Shown: in pieces, positions 50,412-63,301 of the stretch
How the letters are laid out: each line of letters begins with the position of its first letter
Position numbering within the stretch: the first letter of the stretch is position 1
Assembly (NCBI GenBank): GCA_028534125.1
Contig: CM052816.1
Span: forward strand, 26,972,001 to 27,036,000
DNA from: Lama glama
Lineage: Eukaryota
Reading direction: 5' to 3'
DNA length: 64,000 bases
Translations under genes and position numbers: made by a program
The notes under the pieces: model-generated
Databases searched by the model: none
The model's input: the letters and a program-made list of their open reading frames with translations, nothing else
What the model was told of the DNA's origin: nothing

Positions 50412-50546
50412 TTTAATTTTTTTTTCTGGGGGGGGGGAGTAACTAGGTTTACTTTATTTATTTTTTAGAGGAGTTACCGGGGATTGAACCCAGGACCTTA
50501 TGCTAAGCACGTGCTCTGCCACTTGAGCTACACCCTCTCTCCTCCC
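50412..50546 (-). mobile_element. Vic-1-type tRNA SINE
   Basis: Reverse of GGGTGTAGCTCAAGTGGCAGAGCACGTGCTTAGC...GTCCTGGGTTCAATCCCC; degenerate TSD GTTGAAATCTTTCT/GTAGAAATATTCT. Confidence 0.9.
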
Positions 50547-52129
50547 TGTAGAAATATTCTTGATTGATCTATTAGAATGGAAGAGGACAATTATTTCTGA
50601 AATAATTAAGATGTTATAGTCTCCTTAAAACACACACATGCACACATACATACACACAATTCTGGCCCATGAGACTTGAGGAGAAGCCTGCTGGGTGTGT
50701 AAGGAGTAGATTCTGGGAAACTTTTTCTTGACTTTTAAAAAGAGACTCAGGGAAGAAAAAAGTTTTTTCTTTTCCTTTCTCTGAAGATTGTACTCATTTC
50801 TGGAATTATTCACGGAGGGAGTTAGTCTGAGGATGAGGCAGATATGTTGACAAAGCAAAACAGAAAAATGGGAAGAATCAGGGCCCTTGAAAATGTCTTT
50901 GGGTTGGTTGTTAATTTTACCAATCCTGAACCCACCCTAATTTATGACTTCTTACTCCATGAGAATCAGTTTTCCTATTATTTTGGACCATTAAGACAGG
51001 GCATTCTGTTCCCAGGAGCTGGAAGTGTTCTAGTTAATAATATACACCACAAGCATCATTCCAAATATACTGGAGTAAGCCATGAGTGTAGTACACTTAC
51101 AGTCATTTGATAATTCTTAAAGCATGGGTTTCAATGACAACAGAGGTATATAGCTACATATTTAGCATATATGGTATAGAGATCGTTAAAACATTTATAA
51201 AACACTTATTATATGCCAGGCATTAGCCTCACCTTTGGGAACCCAAAGGAAAGTAAAACAGGAACTTTCCCTTTGGAAGAAAAACAGGATTGTTTCCTAA
51301 CAATTTTTATTTTTATCATATGTTTCCGGAATGTTTAATATTTGTTTATGTGTTTTTTTCTTTAAGATTTTCTAATGTGATCTTACAGGAATTATAATAT
51401 TTTAAAACCCTAGAAAGAGAACTAAGAACATATGTGAAAGGCTCAAGGGCAAATTATCATTTATGAAAATTGCTATATATATATGTATTTTCTAAATTTC
51501 TGTACGAGAATGCTACCTTTGAAAAGACCAAAGGAAGCATATTGTTCTGGATTCTTAGCATATCCCACTAGAGAGGTAAATTTGTATATTAATGTCCTAA
51601 TAAATTTTATAGCACATATTTTATGAGAAAGGTGAAATATTATAATATTTTTGACAGCTAATCAATAAAGTAGGCATTTAGTTTTACTACTTTCTGGGTT
51701 ATTAGGCTGTTGAGTGAAAGCAGTATGGCTAGTTAAAGGAGGTATCCATTTAATAAAAGGCATGTAGAATGTTAATTGGTCTTTAAAATATATGCCATGT
51801 GCCTAGCTACCCTCTCTGATTTCCTTAGCTTGACATTTAAAAAATTAAGTTCCAAAGTTCTTAGGCACCTTTCTCCTTCCCTTATTGATCTTCCTTTATA
51901 TCTGTCACTGACCAAGATTTAAACACAACACATAAATCATACATATGAAGTTATAAGGCTAAAAGACTAATATAACAAGTAATAAGATAAACCTGAGACC
52001 CTGGTTAAAAACCTGCTTATGGGAGGGAGTTGGTTTCCAGTGACTAGTGCTGCACTTTGAGTCCCATACATGAATTCACATTTCCTTATATTTTACCACA
52101 AGGCATGCTATCGCAGGAATTAAATTTTT

Positions 52130-52259
52130 TCATTTGTTTGTTTTGTGTGTGGGGATAATTAGTTTTACTTATTTATTTTTAGAGACAGTACTGGGGATTG
52201 AACCCAGGACCTTGTGCATGCTGAGCATGCTCTGTACCACTTGAGCTATACCTTCCCCC
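52130..52259 (-). mobile_element. Vic-1-type tRNA SINE
   Basis: Reverse of GGGGAAGGTATAGCTCAAGTGGTACAGAGCATGC...GTCCTGGGTTCAATCCCCAGTAC. Confidence 0.9.
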
Positions 52260-52896
52260 GGAACTGAGTGTTTCATTGCTCTTAGAGTTCCTTTCGCCAT
52301 TCTCATGCCTCCCACCTAGGGGGCTGTGTTGGCACCTCCAGGTCATTATAACAACCAACCAACCAAAAATATTTCAGAAGGTCTTTCAGGACCTTACCCT
52401 TCAATCCTGCTTCCGCGCATGTCATACATTACTCTTAATGGAAGATTGTTGACTTTCAGGTAGTTCCTGGTCTTTCAGAGATAATCTCAGGACTCACTGC
52501 TGTCGTTGCAGTAAAACTCTGACCCCTTCCACAGATACAGAAGTTCTGCCCAACTGATCTGAGATAGGTTAATAGACCTCACAGGTATCCTTTGTGTACA
52601 CAGAATCTCTAGGGGATAAAAAGAGAAGCAGGAGACCCAGTTCCATGGCTTCCACGTTGTCATCCCAGGTTCATTCCACACTCTTCTCCAACCTGCTTTC
52701 AGCCCCAGGACACTGATTGGTGGGGATTCCTGTCTTCATGAACCTCACATGTTAGAGGGGCAAGTCTGACAGTAAACAATACGAATGAGTAAAATATACA
52801 GAATGTTAGTGCCACAGAGAAAAACAATGCAGGGGAGAAGGCTGGTGAGTGCAGGGGGCAGAATTGTGATTTTGGACCGAGTGATTGTGGAAGGGG

Positions 52897-53430
52897 TGGT
52901 GGCTTTGTAATGTGACTTGACTAGGCTGAGTTACATTTCCCTTTCCTGCATGTATCTTGTGTAATATCTAGAGGGAAGAAGGGGAACCGCCAACATGTTG
53001 TTTCTTATGCTTGAAAGGTCTGTACAAGGTATTACTGTAGCATCTGTGTGTTGCAGCTCATCTGGGGGCTCACTTCATTAACAGAAGGCAGTGGCCAGGC
53101 CTGCATTCTGCTTCAGCCTCTCCGACTCCTGGGCCAGGTATGTGCTTAGTTCTGTGATGGAGGGGACCAGCTTCTTATGGAGGACACTTACATCAACAGA
53201 TTGGAGGCAGTGAGAACTTATGTGGGTCCTCATGTGCTCTGTTAAGATTCCAACTTGTCCTTGTTCTCTCCAATTTTATAACTATCTTTCCTTCCCACTC
53301 TCTGACCTGCAGAATTCAAGCTCCGGCATCAGATGTAAAGAAAACAGCTTATGGAGACTGCTTCACAAACCCCCACAAATGTGTAAGGTCAAATCCCTGT
53401 AAGAAATCTCTCGCTCTTCCTGCCTACATT
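52897..53430 (+). mobile_element. ERVL LTR (MLT2-type) inserted in L2
   Basis: TGGTGGCTTTGTAATGTGACTTGACTAGGCTG start and GTCAAATCCCTGTAAGAAATCTCTC near the end, followed by a simple-repeat expansion as often seen in MLT2. Confidence 0.5.
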
Positions 53431-53566
53431 TATCTGGCCATCCATCCATCTATCCATCTATTCATGATACATATCCATAAAGAGATAAACTATTAAAGTA
53501 TAAATATAAATGATATATATTAACTCAATTCAATCTCTTTTTTAAAAATAGGATTTGACTTTACAC

Positions 53567-53643
53567 TATATATATATATATACACTATATATATATATAT
53601 ATACACCATCTATCTATTATCTATCTATCTACATATCTATCTA
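53567..53643. repeat. Compound (TA)n / (TCTA)n microsatellite
   Basis: Two TA runs separated by CAC, followed by imperfect TCTA units. Confidence 0.85.
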
Positions 53644-53714
53644 GTTTCAAGTAATTATGCTCCTTTTAACCCTGTGGAAGACAGATGGTCTAATTGAAAA
53701 GGCAGTATATTGGC

Positions 53715-54500
53715 AAAGATCTAAAGGAGGTGAGGGAGCCAGTTGTGCAGACAGATACTAACAGAAGAGCATTTCATGCAGAGAGAAGAGCAAAGGAAAG
53801 GCCCTCAAGCAGGAGCATTCCTGGTGTGACTGAGGGACAGCAAGGAAGCCAGTGAAGCAGGATCACAATAAGGGTGGGGAGAGGAGTTGGAGATGAGTTC
53901 AGAGAGGTCAAGGTGAAGAACAGGGGCAATGCTAGGTTGTACAGAGCTTTGACCATTGAATGCATTGGCTTTTACTTTGAGTGAGATGGGGAGCTACTGG
54001 AGGCTTCTGGAGCAGAGGACTGACATGATTTGGCTGACATTTTAGCAGGATGCCCCTGGCAGCTGCGTGGAGAATCAACTGTGAGGGAGAAAGAGTGGAA
54101 GCAGGAAGACCAGTTAAGAGGGTAATGCAGAGTTCAGGCTAGAGATAATGATGACTTGGAGCAGCAAGACCATTAGTGGTGAGGAGATGGGTTGCATTTT
54201 GGATGTTATTTGAAGGTGGAGTCAACAGAATTTTGTGATTTTTTTAGGAAGAATGTAAGGTAAAGAGAAGAAGTAAGGATAATTCTAGGGTTTTCGGCCC
54301 GAGCAGGTAGGTAAATAGTAAATTGGAAGAACGGTCACGGAGGAAGGTTTGTGGAAGAGAACTGAGGACTCAGTTTTAGATATGATCATTTTGAGACATC
54401 TGTTCAACATTCAAGTGGATGGTCCTGAGTTCAGATGAGGAACAATCCAGGCTGGAGAAATAAATCTGTGAGATGTTACAATGGAATTTAAACTGGGCAC
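53715..54500 (-). mobile_element. L2 LINE fragment
   Basis: GAAGAGCAAAGGAAAGGCCC...GGAAGCCAGTG...TGAGATGGGGAGCTACTGGAGG...AGCAGAGGACTGACATGAT...GCAGGAAGACCAGTTAAGAGG; also 52730-52895. Confidence 0.75.
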
Positions 54501-55979
54501 TGGTCTTGCATGAATACATATATCTCAGCTCACTAACAGGTTAGGAAACAGGACCCCTTTGGGAAGAAAATATGTGTTCTTTAACTTAACTATTCCTTAT
54601 TGAACACCATGTTTTAATTAAATCAGGTTATATGGTTCTACATAACCTCAAGAGATCAGTTTGACAGAATTTTAAATTTCACAACTAATGTTTTTTTTTT
54701 TATTAGAGGTCCAGGTTTTGACTTCTTTATTTGAAATCACTGTGACATCCCTTTGTAGAGGGTATGAAAAGAAATTAAACAAATTCCCCAAACAAATGCA
54801 TTAGATACACAATGAAGTGTTTTTATATGTTCTAAACAGTTGGTCATGTAATTAACTTTAAGTTACAGAAACTGAAGCTTTCTTCTTTCTTTCGTTTTTT
54901 TTTTTCTCCCAACTTTATTGAGATAAAAATGATTCCCCTTCCTTCCTCTTTTTAACCTATAACTTCTAATGATAAATCATATCTGAAGCTGGCCAACAAG
55001 ATGATCCTTTTTCTGAGCCAAGAATAGCTAGGGAATTCTATGCTTTTACTAGCAAATTTTCACTAAAACCATTTTTGTGATAATTTCAGTCAGAGGTTTC
55101 CACTCTCTTGGACAATGCTTTATTCTTTTTCCTAACTTTAGAGTTTTCTAATTGCGAATGTTTCCATCCAGGAAAGGCCAGAGAAGATAAACAAGTTTTA
55201 AACAAACTTCTAAAATCAGCTCTGAGTCCTTTCTTATTTAAGTCAAATACAGACACTTTTTAAATGTGAGGATTAAAATAGTTACAAGAAATTGAAGTTG
55301 TTCTTAGCCTTCTTTTGTGACACCTGATTTATCCTCATGATAATTATCACTTGATATTTATGTAGTGACTTTCTCCAAATTTCCTAATACGATCACACAC
55401 ATAAATATTGTCACAATATTCCTGTGAGAACTATATACTGAAAAAAAGAGTAAAATCAACTATTACTTTCTCACCCTGAAAACAGCATGAAAACAAATCT
55501 TAAAAAGTAAACAGAACAAAATCTTTTATAGAGGTTATGGAAATTTGAGTTAAAATGACAAGAGATTTACTTAAAGACAAAAATAAAGTGTTATACCAGG
55601 GAGGGAAATTACACAGGAAATATTGGTGATTGGACAGGAAGCAACTGCAGATTACTATAGGATGTGGCCACCCACCAGTGCAGGATTTTTCCTTCCTTCC
55701 TGGTCTTACTATCACTTCCTCAGAAGAAACCATTATCACCATTAAGTGCAGGCGTTTGCATTGACTCTGACATGACATCCCTACCTCTCCACCCCTTCCT
55801 TGCCTCCTGTTCTACTTCCCTTCCTGCCACAGACTGCAAGGTCATAGAAGCATAGAATACAACTGCAGACCCATCCTCATTTTCTAACTCAACTATAAAT
55901 CCTGCAGTATCTCCTTGGGTATCTCTTAGGTAATGTCAGTTACTATAACTAATTCCAAATTTCCAGTGGCTTAAAATGA

Positions 55980-57320
55980 GATTTTTTTCAAACACATACA
56001 GAACTGGATAGAGTATTAAATGAGCTCCCATAACTCCATCAGCCAGTGTCAGCAATTTTCAACTTTTTTTGCCAGTCTTTTTTTTAAGCTATTCCCCCAA
56101 CTTTTTGTTACTTTTGTTGGATTATTTTAAACAAATACCAGATACCACAACATTTCAACTGTAATATTTCAGCATGTAACTACAAGAAATAAGGGCATAA
56201 ATATACTCACTCACAATACCATATCCTATTGAATACGCCTAACAACAATTTTTTATTACCACCTAATATCCAGTCCTTGAAATTTTCACAACTGTGGAAA
56301 AAGTCTTTTTACAGTTGATATGTTTGAATTATTATCATTTGATTGTTAACATCTCTTAAATCGTTTAATCTGTAACTATCTCCCTACACCATTTACTGGC
56401 TAATGAAATCAAATCTTGTTCTTTAGATTGTCCCATATTCTGGAATTGACTGGTTATTTTCTTATTGTATTGTTTAATTTGTTCCTCTACCCATTCCTCA
56501 CCCCTCCCCAATTGCCTATAAGTAAGTAGTCAGATCTAGACATTTGATTAGATTCTGGAATGGTTCTACCGGAGAGGGGGAAAGAATACTTAATAGGATT
56601 GCTTTCCATTTGTGGTAGCTGACCACCAACATGGCCCCCAAAGACCTCTATTTTCTCATATTCATGTCCTTGTGTAGCCTATTCCCTCCCACACTAAATA
56701 TGAGAAATGACTAATGAACCAATGGGACATAGCAGAAATGATGATATGTGACATAAAAGACTTTGTAGATTCTTCCTCTCTTCCTCTTGGATCACTCAGT
56801 CTGGGGGCAGCCAGATGTTAGAGCAGATGTGCATTCTAGTAGCCCTATGGAGGAGGCCACATGATGAAGGACTGAGGCTTCCTGCCAACAGCCACATGAG
56901 TGACCCATTGTGTAAGTGGCTCCTTCAGCCCCAGTCAAGCACTCAGATGACTGTTAACCTTAGCTGACATCTTGACTGCAACCTCAAGATTCCTTGAACT
57001 AGAACTTTCCAGCTAACCTACTGCCAAATTTCTGATCAGAGAAATTGTGTGAGATGGTAAATATTTACTGCTATTTTAAGCCACTAAGTTTTGGAGTAAT
57101 ATGTTATAAAGTAATAAAAAAAAATCACCAGTGTATCACAAACTGTTTGCCTGACATACTTTTAACGATGCTAAGATTGATCAATGGTCTCAGGATTGTC
57201 AACCTGACCTATCCATTATAAAGTTCTCCATGAACATTTCACCTAATGGTATTAATAGTCATTGATGTTCACTGACTAGATTTATTATTTTATTGGGGGT
57301 TGCAAATAATTACTTCCATA
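55980..57320 (-). mobile_element. Ancient L1 (L1MC4/5-like) 3' UTR, split by an MLT1 insertion
   Basis: TTATTTTAAACAAATACCAG...TATTTCAGCATGT...TCCCATATTCTGGA...TCAGATCTAGA...GATTAGATTC, resuming at GATGCTAAGATTGATCAATGG. Confidence 0.55.
56610..57116 (+). mobile_element. MaLR LTR (MLT1F-like)
   Basis: TGTGGTAG...ATGGCCCCCAA...GCCCTATGGAGGAGGCCACATG...CCTGCCAACAGCCACATGAGTGA...CAGCCCCAGTCAAG...TTTTAAGCCACTAAGTTTTGGAGT. Confidence 0.8.
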
Positions 57321-58000
57321 TTTATTGAGATTCTTAAAAACTTGGGAAGTTTTATGGAGGCTAAATTAAGAAACACAACTCAAAAAAAATTTTTTGTTGT
57401 CTTTAAATTTCCTTCATTGATTGGCCTAAATGAATTATAGATCAGTGTCTTCAAATTAGAACACTTAAAATTAAAATGATGTTGGGGTAAGGTGAGGGGT
57501 ATTTATGACATTGATGCTAAATAACTAATCTGTTCTGTTTTTCAAGGATGCAACTGGCTGCTTGATGTTAAGTGGTGAATGAGATGTGAGATTCAGAGAA
57601 AATGGTGCTGGGTTGTGGTTGCCAGTGAGTGCTGACGTTTATTGGTTGACTATGTCTAATATGACTACCATTTTCTGTTCCATTCAGCTTTAAAGGGTCT
57701 CCTGGGCTAAATGTTTTGCAAAGCACCAAACATTACTGCCTATGTAGTTCTTATCATAATCACTTAAACATGATTTTATGTAATCACTTCTGGGCTATAA
57801 AACTGTGCAATTCCCAAAGCTACAAGTTCATCTGAAATTATGGCTAAAAATATACCCAGTAATTGTCCATAATTCCAGAAATTTTTCCCAGCTAGCTCTG
57901 CTTATGAGGATGGATTCATCCCTTCATATATATCACCTACCAAATATTACATTTTCTAAATAAGAGAACCTATTATAATATTTTATTTCTTAGCATTGGG

Positions 58001-58078
58001 AATAGTTAAATGCCAGTATTTTGCTCTAAATGGTTTTCAATAGTTAAATGCCAGTATTTTGCTCTAAATGGTTTTCAA
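58001..58078. repeat. Perfect 38-bp tandem duplication
   Basis: AATAGTTAAATGCCAGTATTTTGCTCTAAATGGTTTTC at 58001-58038 and 58039-58076, then AA. Confidence 0.97.
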
Positions 58079-59652
58079 CCATTTCCTCTGGGAAAGCTTT
58101 TATATACTGTAAAATTTTATTTCACATTTTGTGAAAACACATTTTTGGGGGAAAGGAAACTGAATTCTCACATTTTAAATGTTCATGTTAGAATTGTGTA
58201 CCCTTAACTCACGATTAGCTTTGGCCAGTTACCACTGTCGTTAACTTACTTTTAGGGTTTTCCCTCCATTGAATTAAGTTCTATTTCCCAAACATTTACT
58301 GAATCTTTTCTAGAGGCAAAGCTTTATGCTCATGACATATGAGTTGGTAGAGTCACAAATGTGAAGGAGTGAAGGTATAATGCCTAGTGTTCATTCAAAA
58401 TGGCCAATTAGTTACATTTTATGAGCAAACTTTGACTGGTTATTACGGGCTTCCAGGAGTGCTCTATGTATTAGGGTCACATTAAAGGTCAGCAGGCAGA
58501 ACAGCCACCATCAGAGTGGTATCTGCCGTGGTCTACGGAGTGAAAATCGGCGGTAAAATTGCAAATTTTAATTAAAAATTATGAGAAAATTTAGGAGAAA
58601 GGGTTATTTCTCAATTGCTTCCTAGAGGAAATAGCTATGAATTACCCTTGGAAAAGGAGAATTTACATATCAAAGAATGAAGAGGGGAAGGGATATTCTA
58701 GACAATAGGAATGTGGAAGATCAAGGTATAGAGGTCTGCCATCCAGAATAGCTGATTAGTGAGGCTTGAGTAAAGTTTGCATGGACAGATGCTGTGGGAG
58801 ACAGGGTTGGAAAGAACATAAACTGACTTAAAGAGGACCCAAATCAATATTTCATTAGGTATCAAAGTGGCCAGGCTTCATATTTTATATACTGGTATAT
58901 CAGACCATACGTGTTTATGAGCCTAAATGATTCTATCTCTTCTTTTTTTGGTGTCAGAAGAGTAGCTTTTTTCCCCCCTCTAAACTTTTTTTCATTGAAT
59001 GATTCCATTTCTTATTTTAAAAATATAAACGATACTCAAAATGTTTCTTACTAACATAACAGTGCTATCATAGTGGACACTTAATGCTGCCCAACATCCT
59101 ATCCCACTCTATCTAGTATCTTACATTTCCTTTGGGAAACTATTTCCCTCTGCTTAGCCTTATTTGTATTGGAGGGACAAATTCTCTTGTTCCAATATAT
59201 CCTGGAAGATAACTTCAGGATGAAGCCAAAACTCAGAAAAGGACAGAGCTGGAGCTGAGCTGAGCTTATAGAACACTGCATAAGCCCCCGGAGCAAGTTA
59301 TGCCTGAAGCTAGAGTAGTCCCTAAGCCTGCAAATATAGGAACTAACAAATTTCTTTTATTAATTAAACAAGTTTGAGCTGGCTTTTCCATCACTTGCAA
59401 CAGAAAGCGTCCTAACTTACAGAATGATTTAAAATCATCAGTTTTAAATTCTTTTTGGATTATGACAAAAGTTCTTCCTGTGGTTTAAATGTGTTCTTAC
59501 TAACTTGCTCCTGAAGCTATTTTGATGGGCAGCCTCTAGGGAAACAGACCAGTTATTCTGTCACCCAGTGACTTCTACATCTTTGTGTAGGTTTCCCCAA
59601 CTGCTCTTGGAATGGGGTGTTTTCATTGACCTCTTTGATGAAGCTTAGTTTC

Positions 59653-60011
59653 TTTTTTTCTTTTTTACTGCTTTTTTCAAATTAAAAAAATTTAATAAAG
59701 GTATGGTATGGTTCCTGTACAGTAAACTACACATATTTCAGATGTACAGTTTGATGAATCTTGATAGATGTATACACCCATGAAACCACTGCCACAATCA
59801 AAATAGATAACATTTCCATCATTCCCCAAGAGGTGCAATTTTTGAATTTCCAATTTATTCCTTCCCACCCCTTTTACCCCCTGGTAACTGTAAGTTTGTT
59901 CTCTATGTCTGTGAGTCTGTTTCTGTTTTATAGATAAGTTCATTTGTGTCACTTTTTTTTAGATTTCACATCTAAGCAATATCATATGGCATTTTTCTTT
60001 CTCTTTCTGGC
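59653..60011 (-). mobile_element. 5'-truncated second copy of the chimeric L1-derived element
   Basis: Same internal junction as at 18480/18481; TSD AAGCTTAGTTTC (59641-59652) and AAGCCTAGTTTC (60013-60024). Confidence 0.85.
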
Positions 60012-61285
60012 AAAGCCTAGTTTCAAATTCCCTTTTTTGTCTTATTTTCAGTGCACACTGCAACAGTTCTCCCCATTTACTAAACTTGCAATTAGAACAA
60101 GAAAAGTTTAAAAGACTCAGTTTACAGAGAAATAAGTTCATGTTTGCTCCATAGTTGAGCAATATTGTAAAATTCAAAAACTGTATTTACTTTTTAAACA
60201 AATGACACCACGTGACACATTATATTTTACCTGCCATGTCTACAGACTCATAGCCAAATTTTTGGGAGTATGCAGGGATCTGAAGGTGTGAGTCAAAGGC
60301 TACTTGGTTCATTGTATCCCAACTTGACTATGGTTCCACCTAATCCGTATTTGGATTGATAGGCCAGAGGGTTTCTCCGGGATCTGAAACTGTGCTCACG
60401 GATTTTGCTCAGGAGAAACTCATTTTCTTTAAATTATACAAATACCATGGGTTTTAAAAACATCAGGAGGTGGTCCTCAACAAGTGAGGAGGAATGAAGG
60501 GAAATTACCTTATTTTTCAATCAATTGTCACTTTATTTTGGACATTTTGTGGGGAAGATTTACTACGAAAGTTTCCTTTGAAGAAGTTAAGTGATTTTAT
60601 CCCTGCCTGAAAAACTTAACTCTTCTTATCCAGTACTATAATGATCAGTAAAGAGTGTTATTCAAGCTGATTAAAACAGCTTTATTGTAAAGCCTAATCA
60701 CTAAATATAATTATCTCCAGTATAACTATTTTTACTATCACTAATTTAAAAGGGCATTTATGGCCCCACTGAATAAAGATACTTAAACATAGAAAATTAA
60801 ATCTATAAAGCATCTTCAAATAGGTTAAAAAAAAAGGCCTCAGCAATCATAAAAATATTCACTAGCCTATTAAAGAGTCTTTAGTTGTTCTCTTATGCAC
60901 TCTTAAAAAATTGTCATCATTTTTAAGAAATGATATGTTTGGATTTAAATATGTTGACCTTGAAATAATGGTGTGTATAAGAACATCTTTTTGGAGAAAG
61001 AAAGAGATGTGGTGGTCAGCAATGTCATCACTGAGACTGCAGACAAGGAAAAAGCCACACTGGGTTTGGCACAAGATGAACATTTGAGACCCCTGGGAGG
61101 GCAGAATCAGAGCGCGGCAAAGAGAGAAGTGATGGAGTCTGAAGGAGGAAAGAGCTGGAGAAATTTTGGCAGTGAAGGTGTTTGAGACCTTTCACAGCAA
61201 AAAACATTAATACTAGGGCCAGGTAGTTGAACCTTTTGGGTCACCTGGAGAGATTATTTAATTACTCTAGCCTTAATTTTCTTGT

Positions 61286-62290
61286 TCCAATTACCTATTA
61301 CTGAGGAACAAACCAGCCCCAAAGGTAGTGGTTTAAAACAACAATAATTTATTTTGCTCACAAATATGCAATTTGGGAGGGGGGTAGTCTGTATTAGTTT
61401 TCTATCATTGCTGTAACAAATTAACACAAATTTTGTGGCTTAAAAAAACACTGAATTATTATCTTATAGTTCTGGAGGTTAGATATGCAACACAGTTCTC
61501 ACTAGGCTGAAATCAAGGTGTTGAAGGGCTGTGTTCCCTTCTGGAAGCCCTAGGAGGGAATCAGTTCCTTGCCTTTTCAGCTGTTAGAGACCATCTGCTT
61601 TTCCTTGGCTCATTAACCCTTCCTCCAGCTTCAAAGCCAACAATAGCCCATCAAGTAGTTCTACCACTGACTCACTCTGACCTCTGCTGCTTCTCTCTTT
61701 CACTTGTATTTATCCTTGTGATGACACTGGACCCACCTAGATAATACAGGATGAACATCCCTAGTTTAAGGTCAGCTGATTAGCAATCTGACTTCCCTCT
61801 GCCATCTTAATTACCTTTTGCCATGTAAGACAACATACTCACAAGTTCTGAGGATTAGGATACAAATAATTTCCCATCATCCTGCTTACTACAGGCTCAG
61901 TGGAGATGACAGCTCATGTCTGCTCCACACAACATTAGCTGGGGCAGTTGGACCAGGTCTGGAGGACCCACTTCACGACAGCTCACTCATGCTGCTGGCA
62001 GGTTGGTACTGTCAACTGGGAGCTCAGTTCCTTTCCATGTGGCGTCTCCGTGGAGCTGCGTTGGCTTATCATAACATGTGGTTCACTTGTAAGAACTATT
62101 ATTCCAAAGGACAGGAAATGGAACTGCTGTTTCTTAAGACTTGGGCCTGGAAATTGACACAATGCCACTTCCATCACATTAGTTGGTCAAAGTAGTCAGA
62201 GTGCCCATTTAGATTCAAGGGGAAAGGGCACAGACCCCTAACTCTCAATGGCAGGAGTGTCAAAGAATGTGACCATTTTATTTCTCCGTA
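61286..62290 (-). mobile_element. MaLR LTR (MLT1G-like), interrupted by MLT1D and itself inserted in a MIR
   Basis: AACAAACCAGCCCCAAAGGTAGTGGTTTAAAACAAC...GCAATTTGGG, resuming GGCTCAGTGGAGATGACAGCTC...GCTCACTCATG...AGATTCAAGGGGA...GTCAAAGAAT. Confidence 0.7.
61390..61893 (-). mobile_element. MaLR LTR (MLT1D-like)
   Basis: TGTATTAGTTTTCTAT...GCTGTAACAAATT...TTCTGGAGG...AAATCAAGGTGTT...AAGGTCAGCTGATTAGCAA...TTGCCATGTAA...GGATTAGGA...CTACA. Confidence 0.85.
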
Positions 62291-63301
62291 TTCCTCACTG
62301 GTAAAATAGGGATAATCTTTACTTATAGTATTGCCATGAGAATTAGAAATGAGGTGTGTAAGTTGCCGAATAACATTCCTACTACATGTATAACAATTAA
62401 TGGAGGGAAAAACTCTCAATGTCTTTGAATATTTGAATATGTATGAATAGATAAATCCTGCGGTTAATATTTGTGGGGGTGTGAATTTATATAAAGATCG
62501 CTTTGCAAAACTGATGAAAGTTACGGCCCTTCTCCCCAGAAAAACGTACTTATGTATACGCGACCATTTCAAGGGATTTGTAGACTAACTAAAGAGCCTT
62601 AGTACTAAGACATAGAGTAAGTGTAGATGAAAACATGGTGGGGCAGTTGTGCATGTGCTGTGGAGCAGAATTTTGGTTTATTTTCTTTTTAGATCTGGGG
62701 CCAGATAGAGTTTTTTATATCTGTTTCCAAGACAGCCTGCTTTGCTTTTTTTGTTAAGTCAGAGATATCGGGAAAAGATGTTCCACTAAAAGTATTAAAT
62801 GTGCTTTGTCTGTTGTTTAATTTTCTTTGCTCATATAAAGGAAATGCTATGAGATAGCAATCATCTTTAAGAAAGGAAGGGGCTGAGTATTTCCATTTTT
62901 CTTGTCAAAGCTCTTAATCTTCCATTGTACTTATTTTTTTTGCAGTTCCACTCTGGCTTAATGTGTATATGAATAATTGTACTTTTATGCAATTAATTGT
63001 TCATTGTTTCAATAGCATTTTAAAATTTTAAATAAAAGCTTTATTTTTCCCTAGTGATCAAAGTCATAAGTACTCCTGAGAACTTAATACAGAGATAAAA
63101 TAGAAGAAGAAAAGTCTTTATAATGTGGAAGGATAACCACTACTAATGGTCTGGAAGATGTCATTCCAGACTTATTACCATGTTTATATACACATAAAAC
63201 AAAAACAGGATCAAGATTGTAGATATCATGCAGCTGTCTTCTTTCTTTCCTAAATACATTAGGCATGTATTTCTGTGCTAGTGCTTATTGATCTAGCTCA
63301 C

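Noticed and set aside
58001..58078. CRISPR-like repeat array
   Set aside because: Only two directly adjacent copies with no spacer, in mammalian DNA.
18303..60011. The two chimeric copies as terminal inverted repeats of a large element or inversion around the promoter
   Set aside because: Each copy has its own distinct TSD and A tail, showing independent retrotransposition.
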